The notes under the pieces were generated by a model that worked only from the letters and a program-made list of their open reading frames with translations, searched no databases and was not told the DNA's origin. From Acidobacteriota bacterium (GTDB lineage Bacteria; Acidobacteriota; UBA6911; RPQK01; JAJDTT01): a DNA stretch of 64,000 nucleotides. The DNA lies in contig OZ242374.1 of assembly GCA_965209055.1 (NCBI GenBank), positions 320,001 through 384,000 on the forward strand, read 5' to 3'. Numbering within the stretch: the first letter of the stretch is position 1; every line of letters starts with the position of its first letter. Below, one piece after another: positions 38,228 to 48,241 of the stretch. Position numbers and translations under genes: made by a program.

Positions 38228-39010
38228 ATGTCCCTACGATTCCGGGACGCCGCCATCATCGTCTTGACCGGTTTGCTCCTGGGTTGCGGCCCTTCGCGGA
38301 TCAAGAAGTTGCCGGTTCCACAGGAGAATGTGATCGAGGCCTACCGTCTCATGGGGGAGGCGGACGAGATGATGAAGGAGGGAAAGGACCATCTGGCGGT
38401 CCTGAAATACGTCGAGGCGACGACGCTGAATCCGTATCACGAGGCCATTTTCAACAAGCTGGCCATCGCCTATTGCCGGACCGGGCGGTACTGGCAGGGA
38501 AGGAAAGCCGCCGAGCGCTCCGTCCGGCTCCACCCGGGATACGCCTCCGGCCACAACACGTTGGGAATCGTCTCCCTTTCGAATCGAAAATACAAACAGG
38601 CGGCCGCCTACTTCCAGGAGGCCATCGATCTGGATGCGCGGCCGTCCTATTACGTCAACCTGGGATATGCCGAAATGATGCGGAACCGCTACGAAGCGTC
38701 CCGCGAAGCCTACCTTCAGGCCGCCCTCCTGGACCCGGAAGTCTTCAAGAAATCGAGCGTATCCCGCCTGACCTATCCGGACCCCATGGGGGTGGACTCC
38801 GAGACGAACTACAATCTGGCCCGCCTCTTCGCCGAAATGGGGGACGAGCCCCAATGCCTGAAGTACCTGGGGAAAGCGTTGTCGGCTGGATTCACGGACC
38901 AGGAGCGGCTGGCGGCGGACGAGTCCTTCGACAAACTGCGTCAAAGTCAGGACTTCATCGAACTCCTGAGTCTTTACGGACTGACGGCCGCCGGGAAGGC
39001 TTCCGGCTGA
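38228..39010 (+). CDS. TPR lipoprotein
   Basis: LLGC lipobox; repeated TPR patterns. Confidence 0.8.
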   Translation: MSLRFRDAAIIVLTGLLLGCGPSRIKKLPVPQENVIEAYRLMGEADEMMKEGKDHLAVLKYVEATTLNPYHEAIFNKLAIAYCRTGRYWQGRKAAERSVRLHPGYASGHNTLGIVSLSNRKYKQAAAYFQEAIDLDARPSYYVNLGYAEMMRNRYEASREAYLQAALLDPEVFKKSSVSRLTYPDPMGVDSETNYNLARLFAEMGDEPQCLKYLGKALSAGFTDQERLAADESFDKLRQSQDFIELLSLYGLTAAGKASG

Positions 39011-39126
39011 CGATCCGGACACCGTAACCGGAAGCTCCCACCTTCCAGCCAGGCTTTGCTCCGAAAGAATGCTGCGTCTATATTGTTGTGCTTCAGTCGG
39101 CAAAAAGATCCAGAGAAGGAGAATCG

Positions 39127-39888
39127 ATGAGCCTCAAGAGCTTCTTTGACGAGAACGGTTACGTCACTGTGGACAACGTCTTCACTCCTGCGGAAATGGA
39201 CGAACTCATGGTCCGGATCGACGGCATGGAAAGAAGGGAGGTTCCATACCCCGAAAGCGACATCAAGTGGGAGCCGGCCAATCCTTCCGCGCTCCGCAAC
39301 GCCTTCGGGTTGCTCCATCGAGACCCGGTCTTCCGGTCCGTCGCCACGCATCCCAAGCTGGCCGCGGTCGTCGAGCAGATCCTGGGTCCCGACCTGGACA
39401 TCTACGCCGACGGACTCTTTGCCAAACCGGCGCTGGACGGAGGCCTGGTCCCGCCCCATCAGGACATGTACTACTGGAGTTTCCAGCCCTTCGAGATGCT
39501 GACCGCCTGGATCGCGTTGGAGGATGCGACCCGCGAGAACGGATGCCTCACCGTGATCCCCGGGAGCCACAAGTTGGGCCTCCTGGACCACGAGCATTCC
39601 AACGTGCCCGGGAATACGTGGAAGCTGACCCACGAGGCTCTGAGCCATCTGGGGGATGAGATTCCGGTGGAGCTGAGCAAGGGAAGCGTTGGGTTCCACC
39701 ACTGCCTGACCTATCACCGAAGCGAGCCCAACCGGAGTCCGCATTCCCGGCGCGCCTACACCGTGATCTTCATGACCGGCGAATCCCGCTGGGTGGGAGA
39801 GGAGGACTACCGGTACCCCTTCCTTCACGTTCAGGGCAAGCCGTCCCCGGCCTACGAGGCCATGAAGCACGTCCGGGTGGAAGGGTAA
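39127..39888 (+). CDS. PhyH-family dioxygenase
   Basis: PHQD, WIALEDATRENGCL, IPGSH, HRSEPNRS...RR. Confidence 0.92.
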   Translation: MSLKSFFDENGYVTVDNVFTPAEMDELMVRIDGMERREVPYPESDIKWEPANPSALRNAFGLLHRDPVFRSVATHPKLAAVVEQILGPDLDIYADGLFAKPALDGGLVPPHQDMYYWSFQPFEMLTAWIALEDATRENGCLTVIPGSHKLGLLDHEHSNVPGNTWKLTHEALSHLGDEIPVELSKGSVGFHHCLTYHRSEPNRSPHSRRAYTVIFMTGESRWVGEEDYRYPFLHVQGKPSPAYEAMKHVRVEG

Positions 39889-39991
39889 GCCGGGAACGCG
39901 TGGCGGGCCCGCCCACGCGCCCAGGAGCGGAGGCAATCCCGTTCCTGTGGAATACGTGGACAGCTTCTTTCCTCGGAGTGGATTCTATCCT

Positions 39992-40022
39992 TGTAATTTG
40001 TCCATTATATGGATAATTTACA
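39992..40022. promoter_or_regulatory. AT-rich inverted repeat directly before the AAA ATPase start
   Basis: TGTAATTTGTCCAT-TAT-ATGGATAATTTACA (12/14 paired). Confidence 0.5.
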
Positions 40023-40025
40023 GGG

Positions 40026-41195
40026 ATGATCGAGCGGCATATCAAGCTCCGCGTTCTTGAGGCGCTTGGTTACCAGGCAGCGGCGGCCATTATCGGCCCG
40101 CGCCAAGTTGGCAAGACCACGCTCGCGATGGATATCGGCGAAGAGTGCGGAGCCCTGTATCTCGACCTCGAAGACCGGACCGATCGGCAAAAGTTGAGCG
40201 ACCCGGCGCTGTTCCTGCGCCATTACGAAAACCGCCTCGTGATTCTCGATGAAATCCACAGAGTTCCCGGCCTGTTTCACGATCTTCGAGGGGTCATCGA
40301 CAGCGGACGGCGGCGAGGAATACGGACCGGACGATTTCTGATCCTCGGCTCCGCGTCCATGGATCTGTTGCGCCAGTCCAGCGAGAGTCTCGCCGGCCGG
40401 ATCGCCTATATCGACATGCAGCCGTTCCACCTCCTCGAGGTGCCGGGCGGCAGTGAAACGCCCACCCGGCTCTGGGTGCGGGGCGGCTTCCCGGACAGCT
40501 TTCTGGCCGTGGACGGAAGGCGTAGCTTTCTTCTTCGCAAGGACTTTATCCGGACTTACCTGGAGCGTGACGTCGCCCTGTTCGGGCCCCGCCTCCCCGC
40601 GGAGACGCTGGAGCGCCTTTGGATCATGCTGGCCCACAGCCAGGGAGGCCTGTTGAATGCTTCCCGGTTCGCTTCGTCATTGGGTGTCAGCGTGCAAACC
40701 GTAAATCGCTATATCGGACTCTTGACCGATCTGCTGCTGGTGCGGCGCCTGGCTCCTTTGCACGCCAATGTCGGGAAAAGGCTGGTGAAATCGCCGAAGA
40801 TCTACATACGCGACAGCGGCCTGCTGCACGCTCTGCTCGGCATTGGCGATTTCAACGCGCTGGCCGGCCATCCTGTGGCCGGCGCCAGTTGGGAAGGGTA
40901 TGTGATCGAGAACCTGCTCGCAGCCGCCCCGGAACGGACGACGGCCAGTTTCTACCGCACTTCCGCCGGCGCCGAGGTCGATCTTGTGCTTCAGTTGCCG
41001 AACGGCGAACTGTGGGCGATAGAGATCAAGCGGGGTCGCGCCCCGAGACCGGACCGCGGCTTTTACAACGCCCGCGCGGACCTGCGGCCTGACCATGCGT
41101 TCGTCGCGTATTCCGGGGACGAACGCTTCCCGATCAGCGAAGGCGTTGAGGCGATCGGCGTCTTCGAACTGGCGATGTTGCTTCAGAACGGATGA
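40026..41195 (+). CDS. AAA_14 ATPase with DUF4143 and a C-terminal nuclease-like domain
   Basis: GPRQVGKTT, ILDEIH, LGSAS, GGFP, KSPKIYIRDSG, EVD...EIK. Confidence 0.9.
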   Translation: MIERHIKLRVLEALGYQAAAAIIGPRQVGKTTLAMDIGEECGALYLDLEDRTDRQKLSDPALFLRHYENRLVILDEIHRVPGLFHDLRGVIDSGRRRGIRTGRFLILGSASMDLLRQSSESLAGRIAYIDMQPFHLLEVPGGSETPTRLWVRGGFPDSFLAVDGRRSFLLRKDFIRTYLERDVALFGPRLPAETLERLWIMLAHSQGGLLNASRFASSLGVSVQTVNRYIGLLTDLLLVRRLAPLHANVGKRLVKSPKIYIRDSGLLHALLGIGDFNALAGHPVAGASWEGYVIENLLAAAPERTTASFYRTSAGAEVDLVLQLPNGELWAIEIKRGRAPRPDRGFYNARADLRPDHAFVAYSGDERFPISEGVEAIGVFELAMLLQNG

Positions 41196-41215
41196 AAAGC
41201 AGGGAGCGGGTGATC

Positions 41216-41355
41216 ATGATGGAAAGCGACCGGGTAACCACCAGCAAGCAGGCGACAGTCACCATCAGTTGCGCGTCGGCGCGCATCGTGTTGACCAGCT
41301 TGATCATCAGCGCGGGCCGAACTACAGTGACCTGTCCCGGATCGTGACGGACTGA
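41216..41355 (+). pseudogene. Internally deleted remnant of a C69 dipeptidase paralog
   Basis: 41282-41311 matches 45161-45190 (26/30) and 41308-41347 matches 45563-45602 (39/40). Confidence 0.8.
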
Positions 41356-41526
41356 GCCGTTCGGTCAGGCCGTGGGATTGGCCTCGTGCCGGTTCGCCCC
41401 CAAGTGTGACACCCGGCAGATTCCACAAGTCGCTGGCGGCCTTTCGGTTGCGCCACGGCCAACGGAGCGCGAATGCCGATCCGCGCTCCCCGTCCCCACC
41501 GTCCCCGCGCCCGCCGCCCACCGCGC

Positions 41527-42720
41527 TCAAGTCGCCCTTCTCGGATAGCGGCGCCCGTTCAGCTGTTTCCCGATGAACGTCGGTCGTACGAAGTAGTGGT
41601 AGGTCACCAGGATCAGGCCGGTCGCCATGATCGCGACGAGCGCGAGCTTGACGATCCCCGGAAGCGGCACGTTCGCCAGAACAAGGGGCAGCAGCATGAC
41701 GAGCGGCACGTGCACGATGTAGATCCAGTACGAGGCGTCCGCCAGGTACCGCCAGCGCGGGCTCGGCCTGTCCATGTAGCGGAGGAACAGGCCGATCAGG
41801 CTATACGCCATGAACCACATGGAAAGCGCGAGGAAGACGACCGCCGGCAGGTGCCCATCGCCGGCTTCCGGGCACGTCCTGTCCGGCCTGGGGGGGCAAC
41901 CGATCTCGAAGAAGTGCCGGTATACGAAGAAGCACAGGATGCCGCCGGCGAGGAGAGCCCATGCGGGGCGCTTGAAGCCCTCCAGCGTCTGCCGTCTGCG
42001 AAACAGCAGCCAGCCGAATACGAAGAACAGGGCGTAGAGTGCCAGCTGGCGCGGGGCGGGAAACGGGCCGGCGTAGTAGTCGATGGCCCACGACTCCATC
42101 CGGTACAGCAGGAGGCCCGCGGCCAGAATCAGCACCGCGATGCCTCCACGGTGCACCCAGCGCTCGAAGAGGTCCATGGCACGGGCGCGCACGCCCGCGG
42201 GAATCCGGCCGGCGAGCGCGCTCAGTGCGCTCGCGGCCACGCACAGGATCATCAGGTGGTAGAGGAACCACAGATGCATGAACAGGTGGTCAAGGGCCCT
42301 GGACGAGGTCAGTTCCGGAAGACTGTAGGTAGCGTTCGGCGGGGTGGCGCTGAAGCGGGCCGCGAACGGCACGATGAAGAACATCGTGACCGTAAGGAGG
42401 GGCCATGCCACCAGGAACGGAATCCCGATCCGGCTCCATCGGTGCCGGAGGAATTCTCGAGTTCCGCGTGTCTTGAGCAGGTACGCCGCAAAGAATCCCG
42501 CAATCGCGAAGAAGACCGGCAGGTTGAATACGCGGATGAAGATCACCACCCAGTAGGCGAGCATGTCGGCCTGGGGATCCCGGTATGGCCACTCGAAGAA
42601 GACCGTGGGCACGTAGCTGACCGCCGCGTGGCGAACCAAGCCGAGCATCATCATGGACGCGCGCAGTTGGTCGAGGGAGTGATACCGGGGAAGTTTCGCC
42701 TGTGGCTGTGTGCCGGTCAC
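41527..42720 (-). CDS. Acyltransferase-3 family membrane protein (OpgC/MdoC-like)
   Basis: LDQLRA...H, FFAIAGFF, HLWFLY, SYWIYIVH. Confidence 0.88.
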   Translation of the reverse strand: MTGTQPQAKLPRYHSLDQLRASMMMLGLVRHAAVSYVPTVFFEWPYRDPQADMLAYWVVIFIRVFNLPVFFAIAGFFAAYLLKTRGTREFLRHRWSRIGIPFLVAWPLLTVTMFFIVPFAARFSATPPNATYSLPELTSSRALDHLFMHLWFLYHLMILCVAASALSALAGRIPAGVRARAMDLFERWVHRGGIAVLILAAGLLLYRMESWAIDYYAGPFPAPRQLALYALFFVFGWLLFRRRQTLEGFKRPAWALLAGGILCFFVYRHFFEIGCPPRPDRTCPEAGDGHLPAVVFLALSMWFMAYSLIGLFLRYMDRPSPRWRYLADASYWIYIVHVPLVMLLPLVLANVPLPGIVKLALVAIMATGLILVTYHYFVRPTFIGKQLNGRRYPRRAT

Positions 42721-42727
42721 CAGGACT

Positions 42728-44725
42728 TTATGCGGTCGTCGGGACGTCGTGTGTCCGTCGGTGCAGGATGCGGATGCTGAAACGGACGGGCTGCATGGTC
42801 GGGAACGACCTCACGCGCAGCACATGGTCGGGCGCGAGCGGCTCCAGCACGAGCTCCCTCAGGATCGTAGCCATGGTGAGCGCGAGCTGAACCGGGACGA
42901 GACCGGCGCCGAGACATCGGTGGGTGCCGGCCCCGAAAGGGGCATAGGCGCCGCGCTGCCGGTGTTCGCCGCGAGTCTGCGTGAAGCGGTCGATGTCGAA
43001 GCGCTCCGGATCGGGGAAGTACTCTTCGAGCGTGTGCCCGACCGCCGTACCGATCATGACCTGCGTGCCCGCGCGAACCCTGTGACCTGCGAACTCAAAC
43101 GAGTTGGCGGTCGTCCGAAGTACGGCGGGCGAGACCGGATGGAGCCGCAGGGTCTCCATCGCTACGCGGCGCGTGACTTCGAGCCTCTTCAAGCCCACAG
43201 CGCTCACGCTGCCCTGATCGAACAGGGCGTCCGCCTCGGCGGTGATGCGCTCCATGAGCTGCGGCCGCTTGAGCACGTTGTAGATCATGAACGAGCATGT
43301 GCTCGCTGTGGTGTCCAGTCCGACCATGTAGGGTGCGAGCACCGTCAGGGGCAGGTTGGTCTCGGGAAGAAGCTGCGGATCGGCGTCGCGCAGCTCCAGC
43401 ATCAGGTCGATGAAGTCCGGCCTCGTTCTACGCGGACCCACCCTGCGCTTGTGTGCGAGGACTGCCCGGGCCAGCTCGCGGCCTCGCTCGCGTGCGTCGC
43501 GGAATCGCGGGAGCTTCATGACGTGCGGAGTCGTCGAAGCGCCCAGCAGCAGCCCGCCGAGGAGCGTGGACAGCTCGTGCGTGTAGCCCTGCGGCGAATA
43601 GTCGGCCATCATGTGACCCATCTGCTCCGCGATCACGTTCTGGAACGCCGGCAACGCCTCGAACGGCTTCCCCAACGGCCACTTGCCGATCTCGTCGCGC
43701 GTGATGTCGACGACCTCTTGTGACCGGTCCCTGATGACCCGGACTGCGTATCCCTTGGCCTGGGCCCTCCGCGTGGTGACGTGATCGATCCCGTCCATGG
43801 TCAGGATCGAGCGTGACGAGTCCATCAGGTTGTGGAGACTCGCCATGGGCTCGAGCGATCGGAACACGGTCTTTCCGTGCGAGGTGAGGAAATTGGTCGC
43901 TTCCGGCCCTGCCAAGCACACGAACCGGCGCGAGGGAGCGCGTATCCTGAAGATCGGGCCCAATTCGCGGTACTGGCGGGAAAGGAAGGCGACCAGTCCC
44001 TTCCGCATGGCCAGGCCGTTGCCCAGCAGGGGAAGCCCCGGCACCACCGGAATCTCTTTCGGTCGCCGAGGCTCCGGACGTGGTTCATCGGGCGCCTCGA
44101 GTCCTTCGATCGCCAGGCTCATCGTCCGGCCGATCAGATCGATATTCTTCAGCAGATCGATGCGATCCTGGACCTGCACCCGCTCCTCCGATGACAGAAT
44201 CGTGCGGAATACGCCGCAGGCGTTTGCGAGGGCAATGAGCGCGATGTCCGGCGGGTCGGGAATATCATTGTTGAACAAGATCCGCATGATCCGCAGCTTG
44301 GCTTCCTCGACCGGCCGCACGTCAACGGCGGGGTAGCGCCGCGACCGCGACACCGACGGGGCGAGGAACACGAGCCCGTCCGCCTCGGATCTCAGGATGC
44401 CGCGCTCAATCAGGCGAGCCAGCGCGGCGCGTCGGATCTGGTCAGCCTGCCCGGCGATCCGTCCGAGCCAATAGCCCGTGTCGCGTGGCTGGACGTCACT
44501 TGCGATCTCGGCGAGCGTGGGATCGAGGATGTCGTCGCCGAACGGCGTGGGATCCACGAGCACCAGGCGCTTGAGATCGGTGTCGATGCGGTCCTGGAGC
44601 GCGAGATCCATCAGCACGGCTCCGGCGAGCGCCAGGTCGAGTGAGCGGGGGGGCAGGCTGGCGGCCAAATCTCCCCGCTCCTCGTCCAGGACGAGAACCA
44701 GGATTTCCTCCGCGAACCTCAGCAT
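42728..44725 (-). CDS. GPP34 (GOLPH3-like) domain fused to cytochrome P450
   Basis: N-terminal FAEEILVL...ALAGAVLMDLALQDRI...LIERGIL; C-terminal VGLDTT I-helix, ETLR, PERF and FGAGTHRCLG. Confidence 0.85.
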   Translation of the reverse strand: MLRFAEEILVLVLDEERGDLAASLPPRSLDLALAGAVLMDLALQDRIDTDLKRLVLVDPTPFGDDILDPTLAEIASDVQPRDTGYWLGRIAGQADQIRRAALARLIERGILRSEADGLVFLAPSVSRSRRYPAVDVRPVEEAKLRIMRILFNNDIPDPPDIALIALANACGVFRTILSSEERVQVQDRIDLLKNIDLIGRTMSLAIEGLEAPDEPRPEPRRPKEIPVVPGLPLLGNGLAMRKGLVAFLSRQYRELGPIFRIRAPSRRFVCLAGPEATNFLTSHGKTVFRSLEPMASLHNLMDSSRSILTMDGIDHVTTRRAQAKGYAVRVIRDRSQEVVDITRDEIGKWPLGKPFEALPAFQNVIAEQMGHMMADYSPQGYTHELSTLLGGLLLGASTTPHVMKLPRFRDARERGRELARAVLAHKRRVGPRRTRPDFIDLMLELRDADPQLLPETNLPLTVLAPYMVGLDTTASTCSFMIYNVLKRPQLMERITAEADALFDQGSVSAVGLKRLEVTRRVAMETLRLHPVSPAVLRTTANSFEFAGHRVRAGTQVMIGTAVGHTLEEYFPDPERFDIDRFTQTRGEHRQRGAYAPFGAGTHRCLGAGLVPVQLALTMATILRELVLEPLAPDHVLRVRSFPTMQPVRFSIRILHRRTHDVPTTA

Positions 44726-44889
44726 CGTGTGCCCCCACCCGCAGGGACCCTCGATGAACCGGTCGTATGGCAGGGGCCGAAGTGCCTCAAGAAGATGGTC
44801 ATTGGCACCTCGTACGTCATGCAAGAAAAGATATCACGATACCGAAACCCATAGGCGCGGAGTTGTGAAAATATGGCGATCAGGAAGTG

Positions 44890-45102
44890 GGGGCTGTCCC
44901 AATCATAGTTGGAGGTTGGGTGGCTCCCGGGCATTTCATGCTACGATGCGAATTGCTCGATCCTCGCCTTGCCATCCTTTTCGCTCAGCTTCCAGGCCGC
45001 CCGCAGAACCGGCCGTGCCTGGTCGTGCAGCGTCTTCGGCAAGTGGCCAGGAACGTTGCGTATCTTGTGGATCCGGCAGCGCTGCACCCGGCGCGCCTCC
45101 CC
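44890..45102 (-). mobile_element. IS256-family remnant (transposase fragment plus probable terminal repeat)
   Basis: VQRCRIHKIRNV (QRCxxH motif of IS256/Mutator transposases), followed by an IS256-like end, CTCCAACTATGATTGGGACAGCCC. Confidence 0.7.
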
Positions 45103-45151
45103 TTTTTTTGTCAGGATTGTGCCGGCCGCCAACAAAAATGAGGACACTGCC

Positions 45152-46582
45152 ATGAGAGTACGTATCGTGCTGACCAGTTTGATTATCAGCCTTGCCAACG
45201 GCGCCAGCGCCGAGGCCAGCTATGCCATCTACGTGGGGAAGAACCTGACCCGAGACGGCAGTGTCTTCCTCGGCGGATACGGCGACGAGCCGTCCAGTCA
45301 TTGGTTGGAGATCGTGCCTCGCCGGACGCATCCCCCCGGGTCCACTCTGACGGTGGGAGCGACTCCGGAATCCCGTTATCCCGGTGAGCTCATTCAGATC
45401 CCGCAGGCGCCCATCACGTTTCGCTACCTGACCATGAACTATTCCTACTTCGCGGGTTTCCCGGCGCCCCTCACCAACGGCGGCCTGAACGAGCATGGCG
45501 TCGCCGCCCGGGACGTGTCGTCGGGCTCCCGGATCGAGCTGCGGGAGATGACGCCCAATCCACAGCGCGGGCCGAACTACAGCGACCTGTCCCGGATCGT
45601 GATGGAACGGGCCCGCAGCGCGCGCGAGGCCGTCCGGATCGTGGGCGACCTGATCGGCGAGTACGGCTTCTCCACCTACGGAGGCAACTCCCACTTGTTC
45701 GCCGACGCCGACGAGGGATGGATCCTGATCAACTTCGCGGGCGGTCAGGGACTCTGGATCGCCGAGCGATTGGGACCGGACGACATCCGGGTTTCTCGTG
45801 GGGGCTATATCCATGAGGTGCCGCTCAACTACCGGGAGCATCCCGGCTTCATGGGATCCGCGAATCTGATTTCATTCGCCGTGGAACGGGGCTGGTTCGA
45901 CCCGGGCTCGGGAGAACCCTTTCACGTGGGAAAGGTGTACGGACATTCGGCCGAAAAGGCCGCAGCGGTCCAGATGATCGAGGATCGCCTGCGGGCCCGG
46001 GCCGGCCGAATCGGACTGCCGGACATGATCGAGGTGGTCCGGACTCCGGAACTGACTCGCGATTCCGCCGGTTACGGTCAGGTGGCCCACCTGCGGAAAG
46101 GACTCCACCAGGAGTTGGAAACCTTGTGGGTGGCGCCGGCCCCTCCGGTAGCGGCGCCGTTCGTCCCCTACCGTATCGGCGTGCGGGACGTGCCGCCCGA
46201 ATTCAAGAGGCACCGCTACCTCACCGCAGGCGAGGCCACCCGCCACATCAGGGACCATCACATGGGGCCGGAATCGACGCGGTACGCGTTCCGCGCCTGC
46301 AAGCGCCTGTTCTATCTGGCCAAATCGCACGAGGAGAAATTCCTGCCGGAGGTCGTGGAAGCCTTGACCGCCTTCGAGTCCCGGCTGATTGACGAGCAGG
46401 TCGCGGTGGAGGGAATCGCGCTGGCGCTCTTGCAGGCCGGTGAACGGGATCTGGCCCAGGATGCCCTCACCTACTACAGCCGGACCGAAGCCCTGAATGG
46501 CCTCAGATTGGTGGAAGCCTTGTCCGAGGGTCTGGAGGCGCGCACCAAGGTGCTGTTCGGAATCCGCACGCCCGATCCCTGA
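45152..46582 (+). CDS. Secreted C69-family dipeptidase (Ntn hydrolase)
   Basis: Signal peptide then SYAIYVGKNLT; GGLNEHGV, ERARSAREAV, ADADEGW. Confidence 0.8.
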   Translation: MRVRIVLTSLIISLANGASAEASYAIYVGKNLTRDGSVFLGGYGDEPSSHWLEIVPRRTHPPGSTLTVGATPESRYPGELIQIPQAPITFRYLTMNYSYFAGFPAPLTNGGLNEHGVAARDVSSGSRIELREMTPNPQRGPNYSDLSRIVMERARSAREAVRIVGDLIGEYGFSTYGGNSHLFADADEGWILINFAGGQGLWIAERLGPDDIRVSRGGYIHEVPLNYREHPGFMGSANLISFAVERGWFDPGSGEPFHVGKVYGHSAEKAAAVQMIEDRLRARAGRIGLPDMIEVVRTPELTRDSAGYGQVAHLRKGLHQELETLWVAPAPPVAAPFVPYRIGVRDVPPEFKRHRYLTAGEATRHIRDHHMGPESTRYAFRACKRLFYLAKSHEEKFLPEVVEALTAFESRLIDEQVAVEGIALALLQAGERDLAQDALTYYSRTEALNGLRLVEALSEGLEARTKVLFGIRTPDP

Positions 46583-46592
46583 GGGTCCCGAC

Positions 46593-48209
46593 ATGTTCGT
46601 CGACGATCTGCGGACATCGTCTCTTTCGGCAATGCGCCCCGCCAACCCTTTCGCCGCAGCCGTCCCTTCGTTCCGATGCCGTAGACCGGAAGCCGCCTCT
46701 CGGCAGGCCGGGCCGCCGGCGGGGGGAATCCTCGACCTGTGGCGCCGCCGCGCACGCTTCGTATCGTTTGTGATCACTCTCTTCGCCCCGGCCCATGCCG
46801 GCGAGCCGGGTAGCGGCTCCGTTCTTCAATTCGGAGATCGAAAGCAGCTCCTGGTGGACGATCACGTCATTGCCGGGAAGCATCTCCTGGCGCGACGGCT
46901 CGGGCGTCCCGTCAAAGCGAATGGCGGCCGGCCGGTCATCGTCGACGACACGCCCTGGGAAGACTTCGGTGTGCCGATCGTCGGTTCCGTGCTGCGGGAG
47001 GACGGCCGGTTCCGCATCTGGTACCGGGCCGCCGGCTCCGGCCAGGATTCGGCGACCTACTGCTATGCCGAATCCCGGGACGGCGTCCGCTGGGTCAAGC
47101 CCCGGCTCGGACTCGTGGAATTCGACGGCAGCCGGGCCAACAGCATCTATCAGATCGGCCGTCCCCAGGCGTACTGTCCCTTTCGGGATCCTAACGAGAA
47201 GGACCCGCGCCACAAGTACAAGTCGGCCGTCGGAGCCGGAAGGGGATACGGCGCCACCACCGCCCTGGCCTATTCCCCCGACGGTCTTCGCTGGAGCTAC
47301 TACGACCAGGGCCGGCCCATCACCGGGCGGGCCGCCGACACCATCAACCAGGTGCTCTGGGATCCGTATGCGAGGGTCTACCGCCTCTACACCCGTACCG
47401 ACTATGGAACGGGAGGAGGGCAGGGAGAAATCCGGGGAACCCGGGACCTGGTGAACTCACAGGTGGATCTCCGCAATCGACCTGGAGACTGGACAACCGT
47501 GCGCGAGTGGTGTCTGGGGCGGGAGAACGGCAGAAGGGACTACGAGTGGACCCGCCAGATCTACAGCTTGAACGGATGGATCTACGAGGGTATCCAGTTC
47601 GGGTTGATCTGGTCGCTGGAAAGGCCGGGCGGCAGCGAGGAGATGGACTTCTATCTGGCCACCACTCGCCGGGATGACCCCTGGAACCTGGAGTGGGTGT
47701 ACCGCGACCAGCCGTTCCTGCCCCGGGGTCCCGAGGGAAGCTTCGACGCCAAGTGGATCCAGCCGGCCCCCAACGTCGTCACCTGGGAGGACCGGCACTG
47801 GTTCTACTATGTCGGCCGTCCCCTTTCCCACAGCGGCCAGGGCAATGTCCGGGCGCCCACCGGCATCGGCCTGGCCACGGTCCCGCTGGACCGGTTCGTT
47901 TCGTTGACGGCATCCCGCCGAATGGGCTGGGCCGTCACCCGGCCGTTTCGGGTCGAGGGCAGCGATTTGGGGGTCAATCTGGCAGCTCCGAACGGTGAAC
48001 TCGCAGTCGAGGTGCTGGATGCCGAAGGTGAGCCCATCCCCGGTTTTTCCCGCGGGGAGTTCCTCGTCCTGCGGCAGGTCGACGAGCTGCGGGCGAAGGT
48101 GCGCTGGAAGAGTCGGCAGGACCTCAGCCAACTGCTGGGCAGAGTCGTGAAATTGCGTTTCTGGCTCCGTCAAGGAAGTCTCTACGCGTTTCGCATTCGC
48201 GGGGATTGA
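46593..48209 (+). CDS. Five-bladed beta-propeller glycosidase-like protein
   Basis: QLLVDD, FRIWY, YAESRDGVRWVKPRLG, SPDGLRW; same family as 36569-38074. Start uncertain. Confidence 0.7.
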   Translation: MFVDDLRTSSLSAMRPANPFAAAVPSFRCRRPEAASRQAGPPAGGILDLWRRRARFVSFVITLFAPAHAGEPGSGSVLQFGDRKQLLVDDHVIAGKHLLARRLGRPVKANGGRPVIVDDTPWEDFGVPIVGSVLREDGRFRIWYRAAGSGQDSATYCYAESRDGVRWVKPRLGLVEFDGSRANSIYQIGRPQAYCPFRDPNEKDPRHKYKSAVGAGRGYGATTALAYSPDGLRWSYYDQGRPITGRAADTINQVLWDPYARVYRLYTRTDYGTGGGQGEIRGTRDLVNSQVDLRNRPGDWTTVREWCLGRENGRRDYEWTRQIYSLNGWIYEGIQFGLIWSLERPGGSEEMDFYLATTRRDDPWNLEWVYRDQPFLPRGPEGSFDAKWIQPAPNVVTWEDRHWFYYVGRPLSHSGQGNVRAPTGIGLATVPLDRFVSLTASRRMGWAVTRPFRVEGSDLGVNLAAPNGELAVEVLDAEGEPIPGFSRGEFLVLRQVDELRAKVRWKSRQDLSQLLGRVVKLRFWLRQGSLYAFRIRGD

Positions 48210-48241
48210 ATGCTCCGAAGCCGGGGGAAGACGCCATGATG

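Noticed and set aside
41400-41445. Possible second IS end making the P450 islet a composite transposon
   Set aside because: No convincing inverted match to the end at 44890 and no target duplication seen.
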